A stretch of DNA of 55,680 nt from Mustelus asterias (GCF_964213995.1 NW_027592387.1:1-55680); one strand, 5' to 3'. Numbered from the stretch's first letter, positions 37,521-51,400 are shown. Made by a program: numbers and translations. Notes: generated from the letters alone by a model not told the origin.

Positions 37521-38584
37521 GTATTTTTTAGCTGTTGCTCCAAGTTTCACCGCAATCATTAACTGAAAATGATCCAAACAATACGAATAATGGAGCATAT
37601 TTTCAATGTTTTGCTGTATGAATGTAGTTTATGTGAGTGGCACGGTGATATCAGGAGAACGAATCAAATCATTCATTGATGCATCTCGGAAGCATCAGGG
37701 ACAGAACAGTGAAAACTGGGGAGGATTCAATCATTTGTTTCAATTTGCATTATGGGAAATCACTGCCAGGACATGATTAACAGGAACATGAGTGCAGAAA
37801 CATTTTTAAATTATGTTACATAAGTATATATGCATCACATTGATTAAGATAATGATACTTCAAACTCTGCAGCAAATAAACCGGAAGCTAATTTGTACTG
37901 TTGGCAACTGGGTTCTTCGAGTAGAGAGCTGGTCCCTTCCAAACACGTTACTTGCGAAGAGGGAGGGAGTGAGCTCATAATTTCCCTCTCTCTACCCGGT
38001 GAAGCAATGTGCCTGATGGTTCTAACCACTGACGAGGTGGAGGTGAGTGGATTAAATAATGCCATTCCTCCTCTTTTCATTGAGGAAGTGGTGGTACATG
38101 GGTTAGCTACTGCTTTCCCCTCTCTTTGTTGGGTGAGTAGGAATCTGGTATGTTAACAATTTCACTCTCCCTCTCTCTCTGATGGGGGATTGTTGCTCCA
38201 TATTTCTGTGTGACCCTCACTTCAGTTCCCAGTGGGTGTGGTGCAGCAGCTTAAATATGACATCAATGGTAAAGGCATGGACAACGAGAGAAGCAGGAAC
38301 ACCGAGATCTAAATGTTGTGTTTGTTTGTCAGAAATGTTGAATTTGTCAGATTTCTCCTCAGTGGGAGGAAAGTCGGTGAAGATATTTTGCAGAATACTG
38401 TAATGAATGTGCTCTACTCTGTCTCTAACCCAGGGTGTATCTGAGCTGGGTGCACTGGTTCAACAAGGCTTGGGCCCGAGACGTGAAAATACCTGACTCA
38501 AACCAAAGATACATAGTGGAAGTAAAATTGAAAACCAATCAATTAAGCAATTGGGTATTTCATTTATCGTTGGAGGAAAAAGAT

Positions 38585-38599
38585 TTTATTCTTTTTATT
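38585..38599 (-). terminator. Two AATAAA polyA signals for secreted IgM
   Basis: TTTATT on plus at 38585-38590 and 38594-38599, just after the secretory stop. Confidence 0.75.
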
Positions 38600-38626
38600 G
38601 AAGTTTTTAATGTAACCGAGTGATTC

Positions 38627-39018
38627 TCATTGACATGAATTAACGGTGTCCATCAGTGCAAGGGAAATGTTCACAAAACTGGGTTTACCGCTGGATTTGT
38701 CAACTGTTCTGTTGATGATCTTCAAGGGGATGGCTTCATGTCCCACCACACAGGAGTAAGAAGCGCCGCTGGACCACTCCTCTGCTGCAATGGATAACAG
38801 GCTGTACATGAAGAAGGAGCTATTCCCGCTCTCCGCGACCACCTCGGTGTTCTTATAGTTCCCAGGATTCACCGGCTTGTCGTTGACGGTCCACTTGACG
38901 AAGATCTCTCGAGGGGAGAAACGTCTCACTAAGCAGCTGAGGGAGACGAATCTCTGAGCGGAGACTTCTTCTGCCGAGGGCAGGAGGACAGAGACGAACG
39001 GTTCCCGCGGATTTGGAT
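38627..39018 (-). CDS. IGHM: IgM CH4 exon plus secretory tailpiece; internal donor after 38689 for TM splicing
   Basis: [43 protein letters not shown]...[24 protein letters not shown]|GTAAA; tail [19 protein letters not shown] with NIS glycosylation site and penultimate Cys. Confidence 0.97.
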
Positions 39019-39520
39019 CTGCAGAAAATGTACAATAAATGTCAATAAACTGGAGAATTCCGGAGAGAATGTAACCACTGGCGAGATATCAGAAAAATGT
39101 GCTTCGCTTTCGATTTTAAATGTTTCCATTTTTGACTTCCAGTTTGGAGCAGAGGTGAACACAATTATTTTCTCAAATAACTCAGGGGGCTGGACTGGGA
39201 AGTTTCAGAAATTTTACAGCACAGAATCAGGCTATTCGGCCCAACTGATCGGCTTTAATTTTGGTTTTCTGGTTTTTATGCTCCACATCAGGCTCCTCCC
39301 TCGTTATTCGATCTAAACCCAATAACATCGCCTTCAGTTCACTTTTCATTCATCAACACATCAAATTTCCCTGTTAAAATATCTACAACCCCCAGTTTTT
39401 AGTTAGTGGAGTTTGCACTCAGGGGAGACCATTAATGCACTGAATGCTGAATATTGACCAGTACACTGACACTGGAAATAGACACAGTGACGCATTTATT
39501 GCTTCAATCTCTCAGCTCAC

Positions 39521-39829
39521 CTGTTTCCTTGTGGATGGATTTTCTTAAAGGAGTCGGCAGATCCTGATGGCTCACCACGCAGTCAAACACAGCCGCACTC
39601 AGCCAGGCTTGTGTCGAGATGTTTAAGTTGCTGACCACGCTGTCAGGATCCGCTCCAGGCTTTTCGGCGATCTCTGATTTCAAATACTTCCTGTCTCGGA
39701 TCCAGGACACGTTGACTCCATAAGGAGCATTAGAAATGATGCAGGTTAAGGTCACGGTCGCCTCCAGTAAGACCTGTTCTCTTGGTGGTGGCTGTATCGT
39801 CACTGTGGTATCAGGGCACTGGGGAGGAT
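39521..39829 (-). CDS. IGHM: IgM CH3 exon
   Basis: AG/GT phase-1 bounded, 309 nt; LTCIIS..W...[14 protein letters not shown]1-set domain. Confidence 0.97.
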
Positions 39830-40749
39830 CTGTGAATGAAAAATGAAAATCAACCCTAGTTCCCTCTTCAGAAGCAGGACAGCAGTGTTCAGCCTGAAGG
39901 AGACGAAGTTGCCTTCGATATATCAACCTCTAACTATCACCTTTCAACCTCTATGGAGGATGGAAAACCAGCCTGCTCTGTGAAATTATTCTCTTTTTGT
40001 TCAAGTATTTTAGCAGCGGTATCATTCTCATGAATCAACATTGCAGTATTCCCCAACAAATATACCATTCCTGAACTCAGGAACCAAGTACTGGCAGTTA
40101 GTTTATAAGTAGGGTGGATGCACTTCCCAATATTTTACCCCTATGCTGTGACCTGTGAAACAGTCCGACACCGACTGTCTCTCCAAATCTTACCAGCTGT
40201 CTCAGGAAAAAGCTGACATCAAGACCAGCTCGCTCACTATGTTACTTTAAAATGGAAGGGAACACTATTTCAAGGGGAGGCAGTGGCATGGTGGTGTTGC
40301 CAATGGTCTTGTAACCCAGGGCACGACTCTGGGGACACAGATTCGAATCTCACCACTGCAGATGGTGAAATTTGAATTTAGTAAAAATCTATCATTAAAA
40401 GTCAAATGATCATCATGAAGCCATTGTTGTAAAAACCCACCTGGTTCACGAATGCCCTTTAGAAAAGTAAATCTGCTGTCTTTATCTGGCCTGGCATGCA
40501 TGTGACTCCAGATCCACAGCAATGTGGTTGACACTTAAGTGCCCTCAGGGATGGGAAATAAATGCACATCTCATGAAGGAATAACAAAAATTGCTGTTGT
40601 GATGAAATTCTGAATGGGGCACTGTCCCAATGCAGCAAACCATATGACAGCAAATTAGAAGTTGTTCTATCTTTGTACTAACTTTAATAGATCCCTAATT
40701 TCGATTAACATCGGAATGGTATATTTTATCCTCGGTTTGAGTCTCTTAC

Positions 40750-41061
40750 CCAGAGATCCGCTGATGTTCTGACTCTGGGTGAATCCTTGATGAGTGACCT
40801 GGCAGGTATAGACTACTTTGCTGAACCATTCCTGAGCGGAGACTGTCAGCCGACTGCTGGCCGAGAAGTTCCCGTTCACTTCACAGGCGGGAGAGGTGAT
40901 AATTCCTGAATCCATGGGTTGTCCATTCTTCAGCCACTTCACCGTCATTGACTTTGGCTGGAAATCCATGATTGAACAGACGATGGTTGCAAATTTTCTG
41001 CTGGTGATTTCTTCACTGGAACTCACGGTGAGGATAACGGTTGGGGGGAGAACGCGTGGGC
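40750..41061 (-). CDS. IGHM: IgM CH2 exon
   Basis: 312 nt, phase 1; [23 protein letters not shown]...YTCQVTH. Confidence 0.97.
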
Positions 41062-41129
41062 CTTCAACAAACAAATGTTCAGACGTTACTTGAAGATTCA
41101 ATTGACATCAATTAAAATTAGTTCTTTTA

Positions 41130-41900
41130 TTTGAGCACCACAGCTGCCGATTTGAGAATCATATCCATGGTTTGGTTGAATTGGCAGGGAAATGGCGAAT
41201 GGAATTCAACCGTCAAAAGCGCCACACAATGCATTTGGGGAGGGAAAACAAAGCAAGGCAATAAACTGGAATGTTAAGAGGGATTGAGGAAATGCAAGAC
41301 CTTAGAGTGCACGTCCACAGGTCCTTGTAGATGGTAGGGCAGCTGGAAAAGTTGATCAAGAAAGCATATCAGATTAGTTCCTCTATTATGTGAGATATTG
41401 AATGCAAAAACAGTGATACAATGATGGAGCTGTATAAAACGCTAGTTAGGCCACGTTTGGAGTTTGCTGTACAGTTCTGGTCACCACATTGCAGGAATAA
41501 CGTAATGACTCTGGAGAGAGATGAGGTTTACAAGAATGTTGCCAGGGACTGAAAATTCCCGCCATGAGGCGAGATTGGATAGGCAGGGTTTGTTCTCTTT
41601 AGGAAAAGAGGAGGCTGAGGCGTGACATAATTGTGGTTCACAACAAAAATAAGGGACGTAGGCAAAAATAATTCATTCCCCAAGTGGAGGGCTCAATTAC
41701 CAGGGAGCATGGTCATTTAAAAGGCATCTGGGTCTGCATCTCAAGTGCTTTAAGCTGCAATGCTACGGAGCAAGGGCTGGAAAATAGGCTTACTTTGTCA
41801 GGCTCGTTTATTTGTTCTCCCTTTTGGCCAGCACAGACATGATGGGCTAAATGGCCTCATTCTGCACAGTAACATTTCTGTTGTTCTTTGGTTCTGAGCA
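41130..41900 (+). mobile_element. Degraded CR1 fragment in the CH1-CH2 intron
   Basis: Similar to the other CR1 copies (AAATGGCGAATGGAATTCAA, CTAGTTAGGCCAC.TTGGAG, CAGTTCTGGTCACCACAT). Confidence 0.75.
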
Positions 41901-42034
41901 ACTTTTCAGTCAGGAGGCACTTACCTGGATTTTGCATAATTCAATTTTTCAGAGTGCTACATATCAGTTATAACTAAAGCCTTATACAGTTCAATCAGAG
42001 CGTTCCTGTCTTGCCCAAGTTCCACAACACTTAC

Positions 42035-42334
42035 ATTGCATTCCAATGCTCTTGACCGAGCTGCTGTGTCGAACCTCACACTTGATTTTGCTGCACTCTC
42101 CCTCTGACTGGGTGATGGTTAACTGGCTGCTCAAGGTGTAGGTTCCCTTCGCGTTTCTCACTGATGGATAAGTCTTAAATCCAGTGTCGATCAGCTGCCC
42201 ATTTTTCTTCCAGGTCAGTTTGGAGACATCTGGAGAGTAGTCCATCGCCAAACAGCCGTAGGTGATGGAGCCAGCGGAGTTGTGTTGCTGACAGGAAGAG
42301 ACGAGGCTGTAGAGAGTGGGCGGAGACGGTGTCG
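42035..42334 (-). CDS. IGHM: IgM CH1 exon
   Basis: 300 nt, phase 1; [17 protein letters not shown]...[21 protein letters not shown]...CEVRH, with the light-chain-bonding Cys near the N-terminus. Confidence 0.97.
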
Positions 42335-42869
42335 CTGGGAAAGAATAGTCGATTAAACAAGTTAGACTATTACCTGCGTTTATTAATTAATCAAACATAT
42401 TTATACAAGTATGTTTCTATATTAGGTATAACTCTTGGGGCTAAAGGGATCAGTGGATATGGGTAGTAGGCGGGCTCAGGATATTGATGAGCCGTAATCA
42501 AAGTGAATGGTAGAGCAGGGTCAAAGGGCCGAATGGCCTACTCCTGCTTCTATTTTCTATGTTTCTACATCACGATTTGTCTAGAATTATGAACTTAACT
42601 TAATATTTCCCGATTAAGACCTACATACACCTTTCAGCTTCTGTTACTCCTATCATTTGAGAATCGCCATCTTTGTAGAAACTCACATCAATGTCTCGAC
42701 CTCTATCAGATTGGAAAGACAAAAACATTTTGATGTCATTGTAATTTCATACCATTCATTAGATTAACAGAGAAGTGTAAAGAGTTTCTCCATTACTTCA
42801 GGCACGAGCTATTTCTCAAACAACAGCACTTTGTGATGAAGAAGTTGTCTCTTCATTCATATCAGCCAC

Positions 42870-42990
42870 TCGCCTGATGAAAGAGCTCCAAAAGCTCACG
42901 ATTCCAAATAAGCCTGTTGGAGTTCAACCTGGTGTTGTCAGACTCCTTACTGTGTCCACCCCAACCTAACGTCGGCATATCCACATTGTA
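42870..42990 (+). mobile_element. Degraded Penelope pLTR fragment
   Basis: CCTGATGA...CCAAATAAGCCTGTTGGAGTTCAACCTGGTGTTG...GGCATATCCACAT. Confidence 0.7.
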
Positions 42991-43314
42991 GTTTTGGATA
43001 TTGCCTGTGTACAAACTAGCTGATGCCCCTTCCTCTCTCCAACTCACTGCCTCTCACTCCACAAAACGAAGATTAGTGACTTTGCTTCAAAACTACCTTC
43101 GGAATGAATACTTACTGAATGACCAGGAAACTCTCAATGTGATTACAAATTCAAATAATTGCAACATTGACTAACTGAAGGGTCAGACATTAATAGCAAG
43201 AGTTGGCCATTCGGGCCCTGAAGTCTCCTCCATTATTCACTGAGATTACAGATGATCTGGTTGTGGTGCTCGCTCTATTTTGCACATCCTCACTCCGCCC
43301 GTCGATCACCCACT

Positions 43315-43990
43315 CTCTGCCCATTTTCCCCGACTCTGTGCCCTTTCCCCTGGCTCTCTGCTATTCCCTGTGGCTCTTTTCCCCTTTCACCCGGCTCTCC
43401 GCACTTCCACCTGGCTCTCTACACTTCCCTCCAGCTCTGTGCCCTCTCCCCCGGCTATCTGCCCTTTCCCTCAGCTCCCTACCCTTTCCCCCGGATCTCT
43501 GCCCTTTCCCCTGGCTCTCTGCCCTTTCCCCTGGCTCTCTGCCCTTTCCCCCTGACTCTCTGCCCTTTCCCCTGCGTTCTCTTGCCCTTTCCCCTGGCTC
43601 TCTGTCCTTTCCCCTGGCTCTCTGCCCTTTCCCCCTGACTCTCTGCCCTTTCCCCTGCGTTCTCTTGCCCTTTTCCTAGGCTCTCTGTCGTTTCGCCGGC
43701 GTCCCTGCCCTTATTCCTGGCTCTCTCCCCTTTCCCTGGTCTCTCTGCCCTTTCCTCCGTCTCTCTGCCCTTTTCCCTGGTTCTTTGCCTTTCACCTGGC
43801 TCCCTGCCCTTTCTCCTAGCTCTCTGCCCTTTCCCCCGGCTCTCTGCCCTGTTGCCCGGCTGTGTGCCCTTTCCCCAGGCTCTCTGCCCTCCCCCCCCCC
43901 CCCCCACCCCCTGCTCTCTGCCCTTTAGCACGCCTCCTGTTCTCCCCGGCTCTTTGCCATTGTCCCTGGCTCTGAGCCCCCAGGGATTCC
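43315..43990. repeat. ~20-bp pyrimidine/purine-skewed minisatellite in the J-C intron
   Basis: Unit CTCTCTGCCCTTTCCCCTGG; long C run ~43891-43905. Confidence 0.95.
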
Positions 43991-44089
43991 CTCCAGCTCT
44001 CTGCATTCCCAGGGCAGCTCCCACATTTGAACACCAAACTGCCGCTTGAGATCTTTCTTCTCTCTCTTTGCAGACCTCCTCACACAGAT

Positions 44090-45630
44090 TTAGTGAGGGT
44101 GAGTGAGAGAATGTGAGTGCGTGAGGGGGACTGATTGAAGGAGTGAGAGTGGATGAGTGATGGTGTGTGAGTGACAGAGAGTTCATAAGTGAGGGTGAGT
44201 GAATGAAGTTCTTTGAGTGAGGATGAGTGATTGAGGGTGAGTGAGTAAGTGTGGGTGAGGGTGAGAGGGCGTGAGTAAATGAGGGTGTGTGAGAGAGGGG
44301 GGATGTGAGTGAAGGTGGCTGAATGGGTGAGTGAAGGTGGGTGAGTGAATGTCAGTGAGCGAGAATGAATGAATGAGGGTGAGTGAGTGAGGATGCATGA
44401 AGGTTAGCGAAGGTGGGTGAGTGAGAGCGAGTGAATGAGGGTGAGGGAATGAATATGACTTAGTAAGTGAGGGTGAGAGAGTGAGTAAGTCAGGGTGTGT
44501 CATTGGGGGTGGTGTGAGAGAGTGTGTGAGGGAGAATGAATGCGGATGGGTGGGTGAGTGAGGATGAGTGAGTGAAGGTGTTTGAGTGAGGATGAGTGAT
44601 TGAGGATCTGTGAGTTAGGGTGGGTGAAGTTGAGTGATGGTGAGTACGTGAGGGTGTGTGAGTGAATGTCGGTGCGTGAGTCTGAGTGAGTTTGAATGGG
44701 TCAGGTGGCGTAAGTGAAAGAGAGAGGATGATTGAGCTTGAGTGTGTGGGGGTGAGTCTGGGTGAGTGAGGGTCGGTAAGTGGGGAGAGTGAGTGAGGGT
44801 GAGTGAGAGTGAGTGAGACTGGATGAGTGAGGGTGGGTAAGTGCGGTGAGTGAGTGAGAGTGAGTGAGACTGTGTGAGTGAGGATGGGTAAGTAGGGTGA
44901 GTGAATGAGGGTGAGTATGGGTGTTGGTGAGTGACTGAGGCTCTGAGTGAGTGACTGAGGGTCAGTGAGTGAGGTTGAGTGTGTGATGGTGTGAGTGTGG
45001 GTGGGTGGCTGACTGACAGTGCGTGAATGAGGGTGAGTAAATGAGGGTGTCTGAGGGTGAGTGAGTGCGAGTGAGTGAATGCGGGTGGGTGAGTGAGGGT
45101 GTGAGAGTGAGTGAATGAGGGTGAGTGAATGTGAGTGAGTAAGTGAGGGTGTGAGGATGAGTGATTCAGGATGTGTGATTGAGGTTGAATGAGTGAGGTT
45201 GAGTGAGGGTGTGTGAGTGAGTGTGGGTGAGTGAGTGAGGATGGGTGAGAGTGAGTGAGCGAATGTTTGTGAGTGATTGTGAGTGAGTGAGGGTGTGAGG
45301 GTGAGTGACTCAGGGTGAATGAGGATCAGTGAGTTTCTGAGGGTGAGTGTGTGAGGGTGAGTACGTGAGGTTGAGTGTGTGAGGTTGAGTGTGTGAGGCT
45401 CAGTGTGTGAGGTTGAGTGTGTGAAGGTGAGTGTGTGAGGGTGTGTGTGAGGGTGTTAGGTTGGATGAGTGAGCAAGGGAGAGTGAGTGGGGATGAGTGA
45501 GTGGGGATGAGTGAGTGAGAGTGTGTCAGCGAGGGAAGTTGGGTAAGTGAGGGTGAGTGAGTGAAGTTCTTTGAGTGAGGATGAGAGATTGAGGGTGAGT
45601 GAGGAAGTGTGGGCGGGGGTGAGAGAGTCA
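44090..45630. repeat. Degenerate (GTGA/GAGG)n tract in the J-C intron
   Basis: GTGAGTGAGGGTGAG repeats; ~55-bp block at ~44189 repeated at ~45547. Confidence 0.95.
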
Positions 45631-46225
45631 GTGGGCCACGTCCTCCTCTTCCTCTCCATCGATCTTTTCCCGATTGTCTACATTGATCAGCTTTCTGTAA
45701 CAGGGCTGTGTAAAGTCAGGCAGCAGTGTAGATCACCGGGCAGCTGCTTTAATGTCGGTGCCTTTCTTTAAGAAACACGTATCAGTTAACAAATAGACAG
45801 ACTGAGGGAGCTGGAAGGGAAGCTTACAGCGAAACCAGAATGGGTCGCACAGGAATCAAACAGCAAGTTTACACCAGTATTGGGGAGCCAGGCGGCCTTG
45901 GTCTCAGCCAAGTCCCTTCTTACTTATTGTGTCTTTCTGTCCGGTGTAACACATGGAAATCTCTACTTCTGACCTCATGTTGGATGGAATGTCTTTGATG
46001 AAGCAGTAGAAGATTGTTGGTCCCAGGACAATCCCCTGCCGAACTTTTGCAGTGAAATCTGAACTTAGATGTTTGACCTCCAACAACCAACACCATCTTG
46101 CTTTGTGCTAAGTATGACTCCGAACAGAGAAGAATTTCCCGCCGATTCTTACTGACTTGAGTTTTACTCGGGCTCCTCGATCCCATCCTCATTCAAATGC
46201 TACCGGGGGGTTGGGGGGCGGGGGG

Positions 46226-46525
46226 TGGCACGGTGATTAGCACTGCTGCCTCACAGTTCGATTCCCGACTTGGCTCATTGTCTGTGTGGAGTTTGCAAGT
46301 TCACCCCGTGTCTGTTTGGGTTTCCTTCGGGTGCTCCTGTTTCCTCCCACATTCCAAAGATGTGCGGGTTCGATGGATTGGCCGTGCTAAATTGCCCCTT
46401 AGTGTCAGAGGGACTAGTTAGGGTAAATACATGTGGTTATGTGGATAGGGCTTTGGTGGGATTGCTGTTGGTGCAGACTCGATGGGCTGAATGGCCCCCT
46501 TCTGCACTGTAGGATCCTATGCTTC
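46226..46525 (+). mobile_element. HE1-like SINE with internal deletions
   Basis: Aligns with 14680-15020. Confidence 0.85.
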
Positions 46526-46559
46526 TATTTATGATGTCAAGGACAATCACTCTGACTAT

Positions 46560-48455
46560 GTGAGATGGAAAGTGTGTGAGGGTGTTTGGATGTGTGAGAG
46601 AGAGAGAGAGGGTGGATGTATGTGTGAGGGTGCCTGTGTGTGATAGACTGTGTTTGCACGTGTGTGATACAGTGGGCTGTGTGTGCAAGAGGGGAGAGTG
46701 TGCGTGAGAGAAAGGGTGTGTGAGATAACGTGTGTGAGAGAGAGAATGTGTGATTGGAAAGTTATTCTTGGTGTGTGAGAGTGTGTCTCTTCTTGAAAGA
46801 GTGTGTGTGGGCAGTCTGTGTGAGAGAGTACTTCGGTGTGTGATTGAGTGTGTGTTTATGTGAAAAGGAGTGTGTCTATATGAGATACACGGTATCTATG
46901 AAAGATAGTGTGTGTGCTTGAGGGAGGGTGTGTGTGTGTGTGTGGGAGAGAGTGTTGTGTTCATGTGAAAGACAGTGTGTGTGAGAGGGAGTGCCTATTG
47001 GAAAGCAAATTAATATGTTCATGAGTGTGTGAAAGTGTGCATGGGATTGTGTGTGAGTGAGAAAGATATGCGCAATGTGTGTGGGTGATAGAAGCAATGT
47101 GTTTGAGTGTGTGTGTGTGTGTGCGTGTGTCTGTGTGTCTGTGTGTGTGTGTGTGTGTGTGCGTATGTGAGACAGAGAGAGAGAATTTTTGTGCGAGAGA
47201 GACGTTGTGTATGGTTTATGTGTGTTAGAGTGTCAGACACATGAGTGTTTTGCACGTGTTTGAGAAAGTGGTCTGTGTGTACAAGAGGAGAGAGTGCGCG
47301 TGAGAGAAAGGATATGTGAGATAGAGAATGCGTGTGTGCGAGAGACAGTGTGTGTTTCAAGAGTTATTTTTTATGTGTGTGAGAGTATTTTTCTGTTCTT
47401 CAAAGTATATGTGTGTGCGTGTGCGTGCGTGGAGGGGCGGGGAGAGTGTGTGTGAGTGAGAAAAACTGTGAACATTAGACAGAGTGGATGCGTGAGTGTG
47501 TGTGAGTGAAATAACGGTTGCGAGAACATGTGTCTGTGATAAGTGGCGTGTTTAAGAGAGATACATTGTGTATACATGTGTGTTCATGTGTGAGAGACGG
47601 AGAGACTGTGTGCGTGTGAGAGAGAGAGGGTGTTTGTGAGATACAGAGTTTGAGAGCGAGATTGTGCGTGTGTGAGACAATGTGTAAGGGAGTGAGCGTG
47701 TGAAAGAGAGAGAAAAATGTGCCTGTGTGAGAGAATGCGTGTGCAAGTGTCCGTATGAGAGAGAGAGCGAGCATGCAAATGAGTGTGAGATGGAGTGAGA
47801 GCACGGAAGAGGGAATGTGAGAGGGATAGTGCATGTGTGTGTGTGTGAGGGAAAATGTGTGCGCGAGACTGTGCTTATGTGAGAGACTGTGTCTGTGCGG
47901 AAGAGTGTGTGTTAGAGTGCGTGCGTGAGTCTTTGCTTGTGAGAGAGTGTTTGTGAGAGAGCCAGTGTGTGAGAGCAAGAATGTACAGGTGTGAGATAGT
48001 GTGTGCAAGAGATATAGAAATATATGCGTGTGCTTGAGAGAGAGAGAGAGATGCGTGTGTGCAAGAGGAATTGTGAGAGCGTGTGTGAATAAATGTGAGA
48101 CAGCTTGAGCGTGTGTGACAGAGTGTGGGAGAGAGAATGCATGTGAGAGTGCGTATGCGAGAGTGTGAGACTGTGCTTATGTGAGAGTGTGTGGCTGTGC
48201 GTAAGAGAGAATGTGTGTCGGGGGTGTGCGTGTGAGTGCTTTTGTGTATGGTGGTATGAGAGACTGATTGAGAGAGCGAGAGTATGTATGTATTTGTATT
48301 TGAGAGAGTTTATGTGAGAGAGAGAATGTGTATGGGCGTGTGAGAGAGATCGGATGAGAGAGAAAGTAAGTGTGAATATGTATGTGGGCATGTGTGAGAG
48401 ACTATGAGAATGTGTATGTGTGTATTTATGTGTGTGAGAGTGTGTGATGTGTGCA
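46560..48455. repeat. Degenerate (TG)n/(GA)n tract
   Basis: Low-complexity TG/AG sequence. Confidence 0.9.
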
Positions 48456-51400
48456 AGTCTCTATCTGGCTGATTCAGACTGGAAAAACACCCTCACTTCA
48501 CATACACACTCACCCACTCACACAGTAAATGGGAGTGACAAGTGAGCACAATACGGACCTCAGGCCAAGGGTTGGAAAAACATTTAAATCTTTCACAAGT
48601 CAGTCACAATTGAATAATTTCCTCTTTCCTCAATGAGCGAAACTTGTAAAAACTCAAGAAATTTGACACAATCCAGGACAAAGCCACCCACAAGATTACC
48701 CGCCCCCTCATTCACCCTATTCACTCTCTCTATCACTAACAAGCAGTGACAGCAGTGTGTATTTTATACAAGATGCACTGCAGCAACTCACCAAGACTCC
48801 AGAGAAAACACTGCCCAAACCCGCTGCCTTTACATCCTAACAGGACAAGGGCAGCAGCCACACATGAACACTACCACCTGCAAGCTCCCCTACAAGACAC
48901 ACACCATCTTGACTTGAAACAATATCTCAGTTCCTTCACAGTCGCTGGGTCAAAATCCTGGAACATCCTGCCTAACAGCACGGCGGATGCCTGCAGCATA
49001 TGCACTGCAGTTATTCAAGGATACTTAATATCAATTCTTTCCCAAGGAACAATTATGTAGGGACATATTTAAAATTCTTGCTTTGCAAGCGACTCTAAAT
49101 TGCCTTTAGAAATTAAGAATAAGATGCAAACGAATTTGACCCTGCAACTGTTCTACTAAACAGGTCAGGGACTGCTATAGTATAGAATACAATACAGTAA
49201 ACCTCCCTTTGCATTTGCTCATCCAAAGTTCCCAAAGCCGGTATATCACTGGTTAAAAATCAACCAAATCTCTTTCTACAGCCTGACGTTTCTGCTCTCT
49301 CTGACTGTCACAATGTGCTTCAGGGATCTCATTTCTGAGACGCCGAGTCAAACATCAAGTCAACCTGTCACGTTTCTCACAGGTACAAGTTTATTGAAGA
49401 AATAAATCAATTTTCACTCCCTGAAATACAGGGGAAGGAACCAAAAGGTTTATAACCAGTCAGGCAGATTCTTGGTGCCAACACAGTGACCACGCGCACA
49501 GAAACAGAACAGACATAAACGGTGCAACAATCGAGTGCCCAGCAGATAGATCTGTTCAATCTGTCAATTTCATTCAAATTGTTGGATTCTAATTGATCAA
49601 TGGTCAACTTACAACAACAGAAAATCAATAACCTATTTTAAATTAAACTGATATTCATTTCAGAACTCCTTTCGACTTTTAATTATTTCTCTGTCTCACT
49701 TCTCGAAAACTATGTAAAAATGTAATTTTGCTGAAAATGAGCCATCAAAAATAACAGGTTCAGGACAGTTCAATGTCCCTAACAGAGATGCAGTGACACA
49801 GTCAGAATTAAACAAATCGGGAAACATTTACATTGAAAATCATTATCTGATTCGAGTTAATTTCTTAATTAAATAGAGTGAACAAAATAAGCAAGGCAAA
49901 ACACTTTATCGAGCTGAGCATAGCTGAGTAAAGAAATGTTTTGTTTCTGAATTCATTTTCGATACAATTAAATATTCTCTAAAACTAATTGTATTTTGCA
50001 CGCCTGTACAGTATTCAGGTTCTTTTGTTTTAAATTAATCAGCATCAATATTATATTTTAAGTTATTGTTAATTGTCAGTTAATTCTCCTGTCAGCTGAT
50101 TTGCGCTCTAATAAAATGAGTTTTCAATCATTCAAAACGTGCTTCTGCCTTTAACATTGTTAAATAATTAGGTTACAATTAAGTCTTAGACAATGTTAAA
50201 CAATAATTTCAAATTACTGAATGAAAACATTCAGACATCTGTCATTCATTTACTTAAATCTAATCACATTGTAATATTTTACTTTTCACGTTTACTACCA
50301 ATGTCTTATTGTAACAGAGAAACGTGTTAAAAATGCGTACTTCTGAATTTGTATAGACTGTAACGGACTGGCAGTTTGAAATCAATAATACTGCTTCCTC
50401 GATTTAGTAATTTAGACCATCCATATAACTTAATTAGTGAACATATTGTTTAATTAAAGAAGATCTGAATTAAACAGTGCAAACACAAAGAGGACAATTG
50501 ATTCAAATCTCCTCTAACACTAAAACATGGTGCAGAATATAAGTCCAGACTTTTTCTTCATTATAATATTTAATAAGAATTAAACATCAGGTTCAGATAG
50601 AATCAATTCTTCTATTCTGTCATTTATTCGTCCCATAATTCTAGCCTGAGTTCAGCAGTAATGGGAGACATTATGCTATTATTAAGTGCAGAGCTAATAT
50701 TATCTTTATAATATTTATGATATTATAATATTTTTATATAAATTAATCTTTTTGAATTTCAAGTATTTACTTGTCAATTTCTAGCCAGTTTCTGTTGACA
50801 CTTTACTACAATTTAAACACAATTATGTGAACAATTGCTTGAGTGTCAGCGAATTCCACCTGTCAGAAAACTCTGTTCACGCTGTCAAATGTATTCAAAC
50901 TGTTTGAATCTAATTGATCAAAGGTAAAATTACAACAACAACAAAAATGAAAAATTTTAAATTAACCTGACGTTCCTTTCAAAACTCCCATCGTCTTTTA
51001 ACTATCTCTCCCTGTCTGTCTCAAATCCCGAAAACTGGGCAAAAATGTATTTTTTCCGAAAAAGAGCACCTCAAATATAACAGATTCAGGGTAGTGTAAT
51101 GTCCCTGAGAGAGATACAGTGACACAGTATGTAATTCATGATGTATATTAATATGTAAGCATCAGTTAACATGAATAAAATGCCCTAACATATATTTATT
51201 TTAATTTTCCGAAACCTGTTTGCTTTATCCCGACAAGAATTTTCATTTAGCCAGAAAACGTGTAACTGCTCAGTATTAATGAGTTGAAACAATACAAAAA
51301 CAATTGAGAAACACCAAACCATTTCACAATTTTTTAGATGAGATTAGTAATTAATTATCTCGGTATCCAATGACAAATTAGTTGGAAGAAATAATCTGGT

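Noticed and set aside
37743-47780. Octamer words ATTTGCAT (37743) and ATGCAAAT (47773) as enhancers
   Set aside because: One or two hits are expected by chance in 55 kb; one lies in a simple repeat.
36439-48391. Cys/Val-, His/Thr- and Pro-rich ORFs
   Set aside because: Translations of low-complexity intronic repeats.
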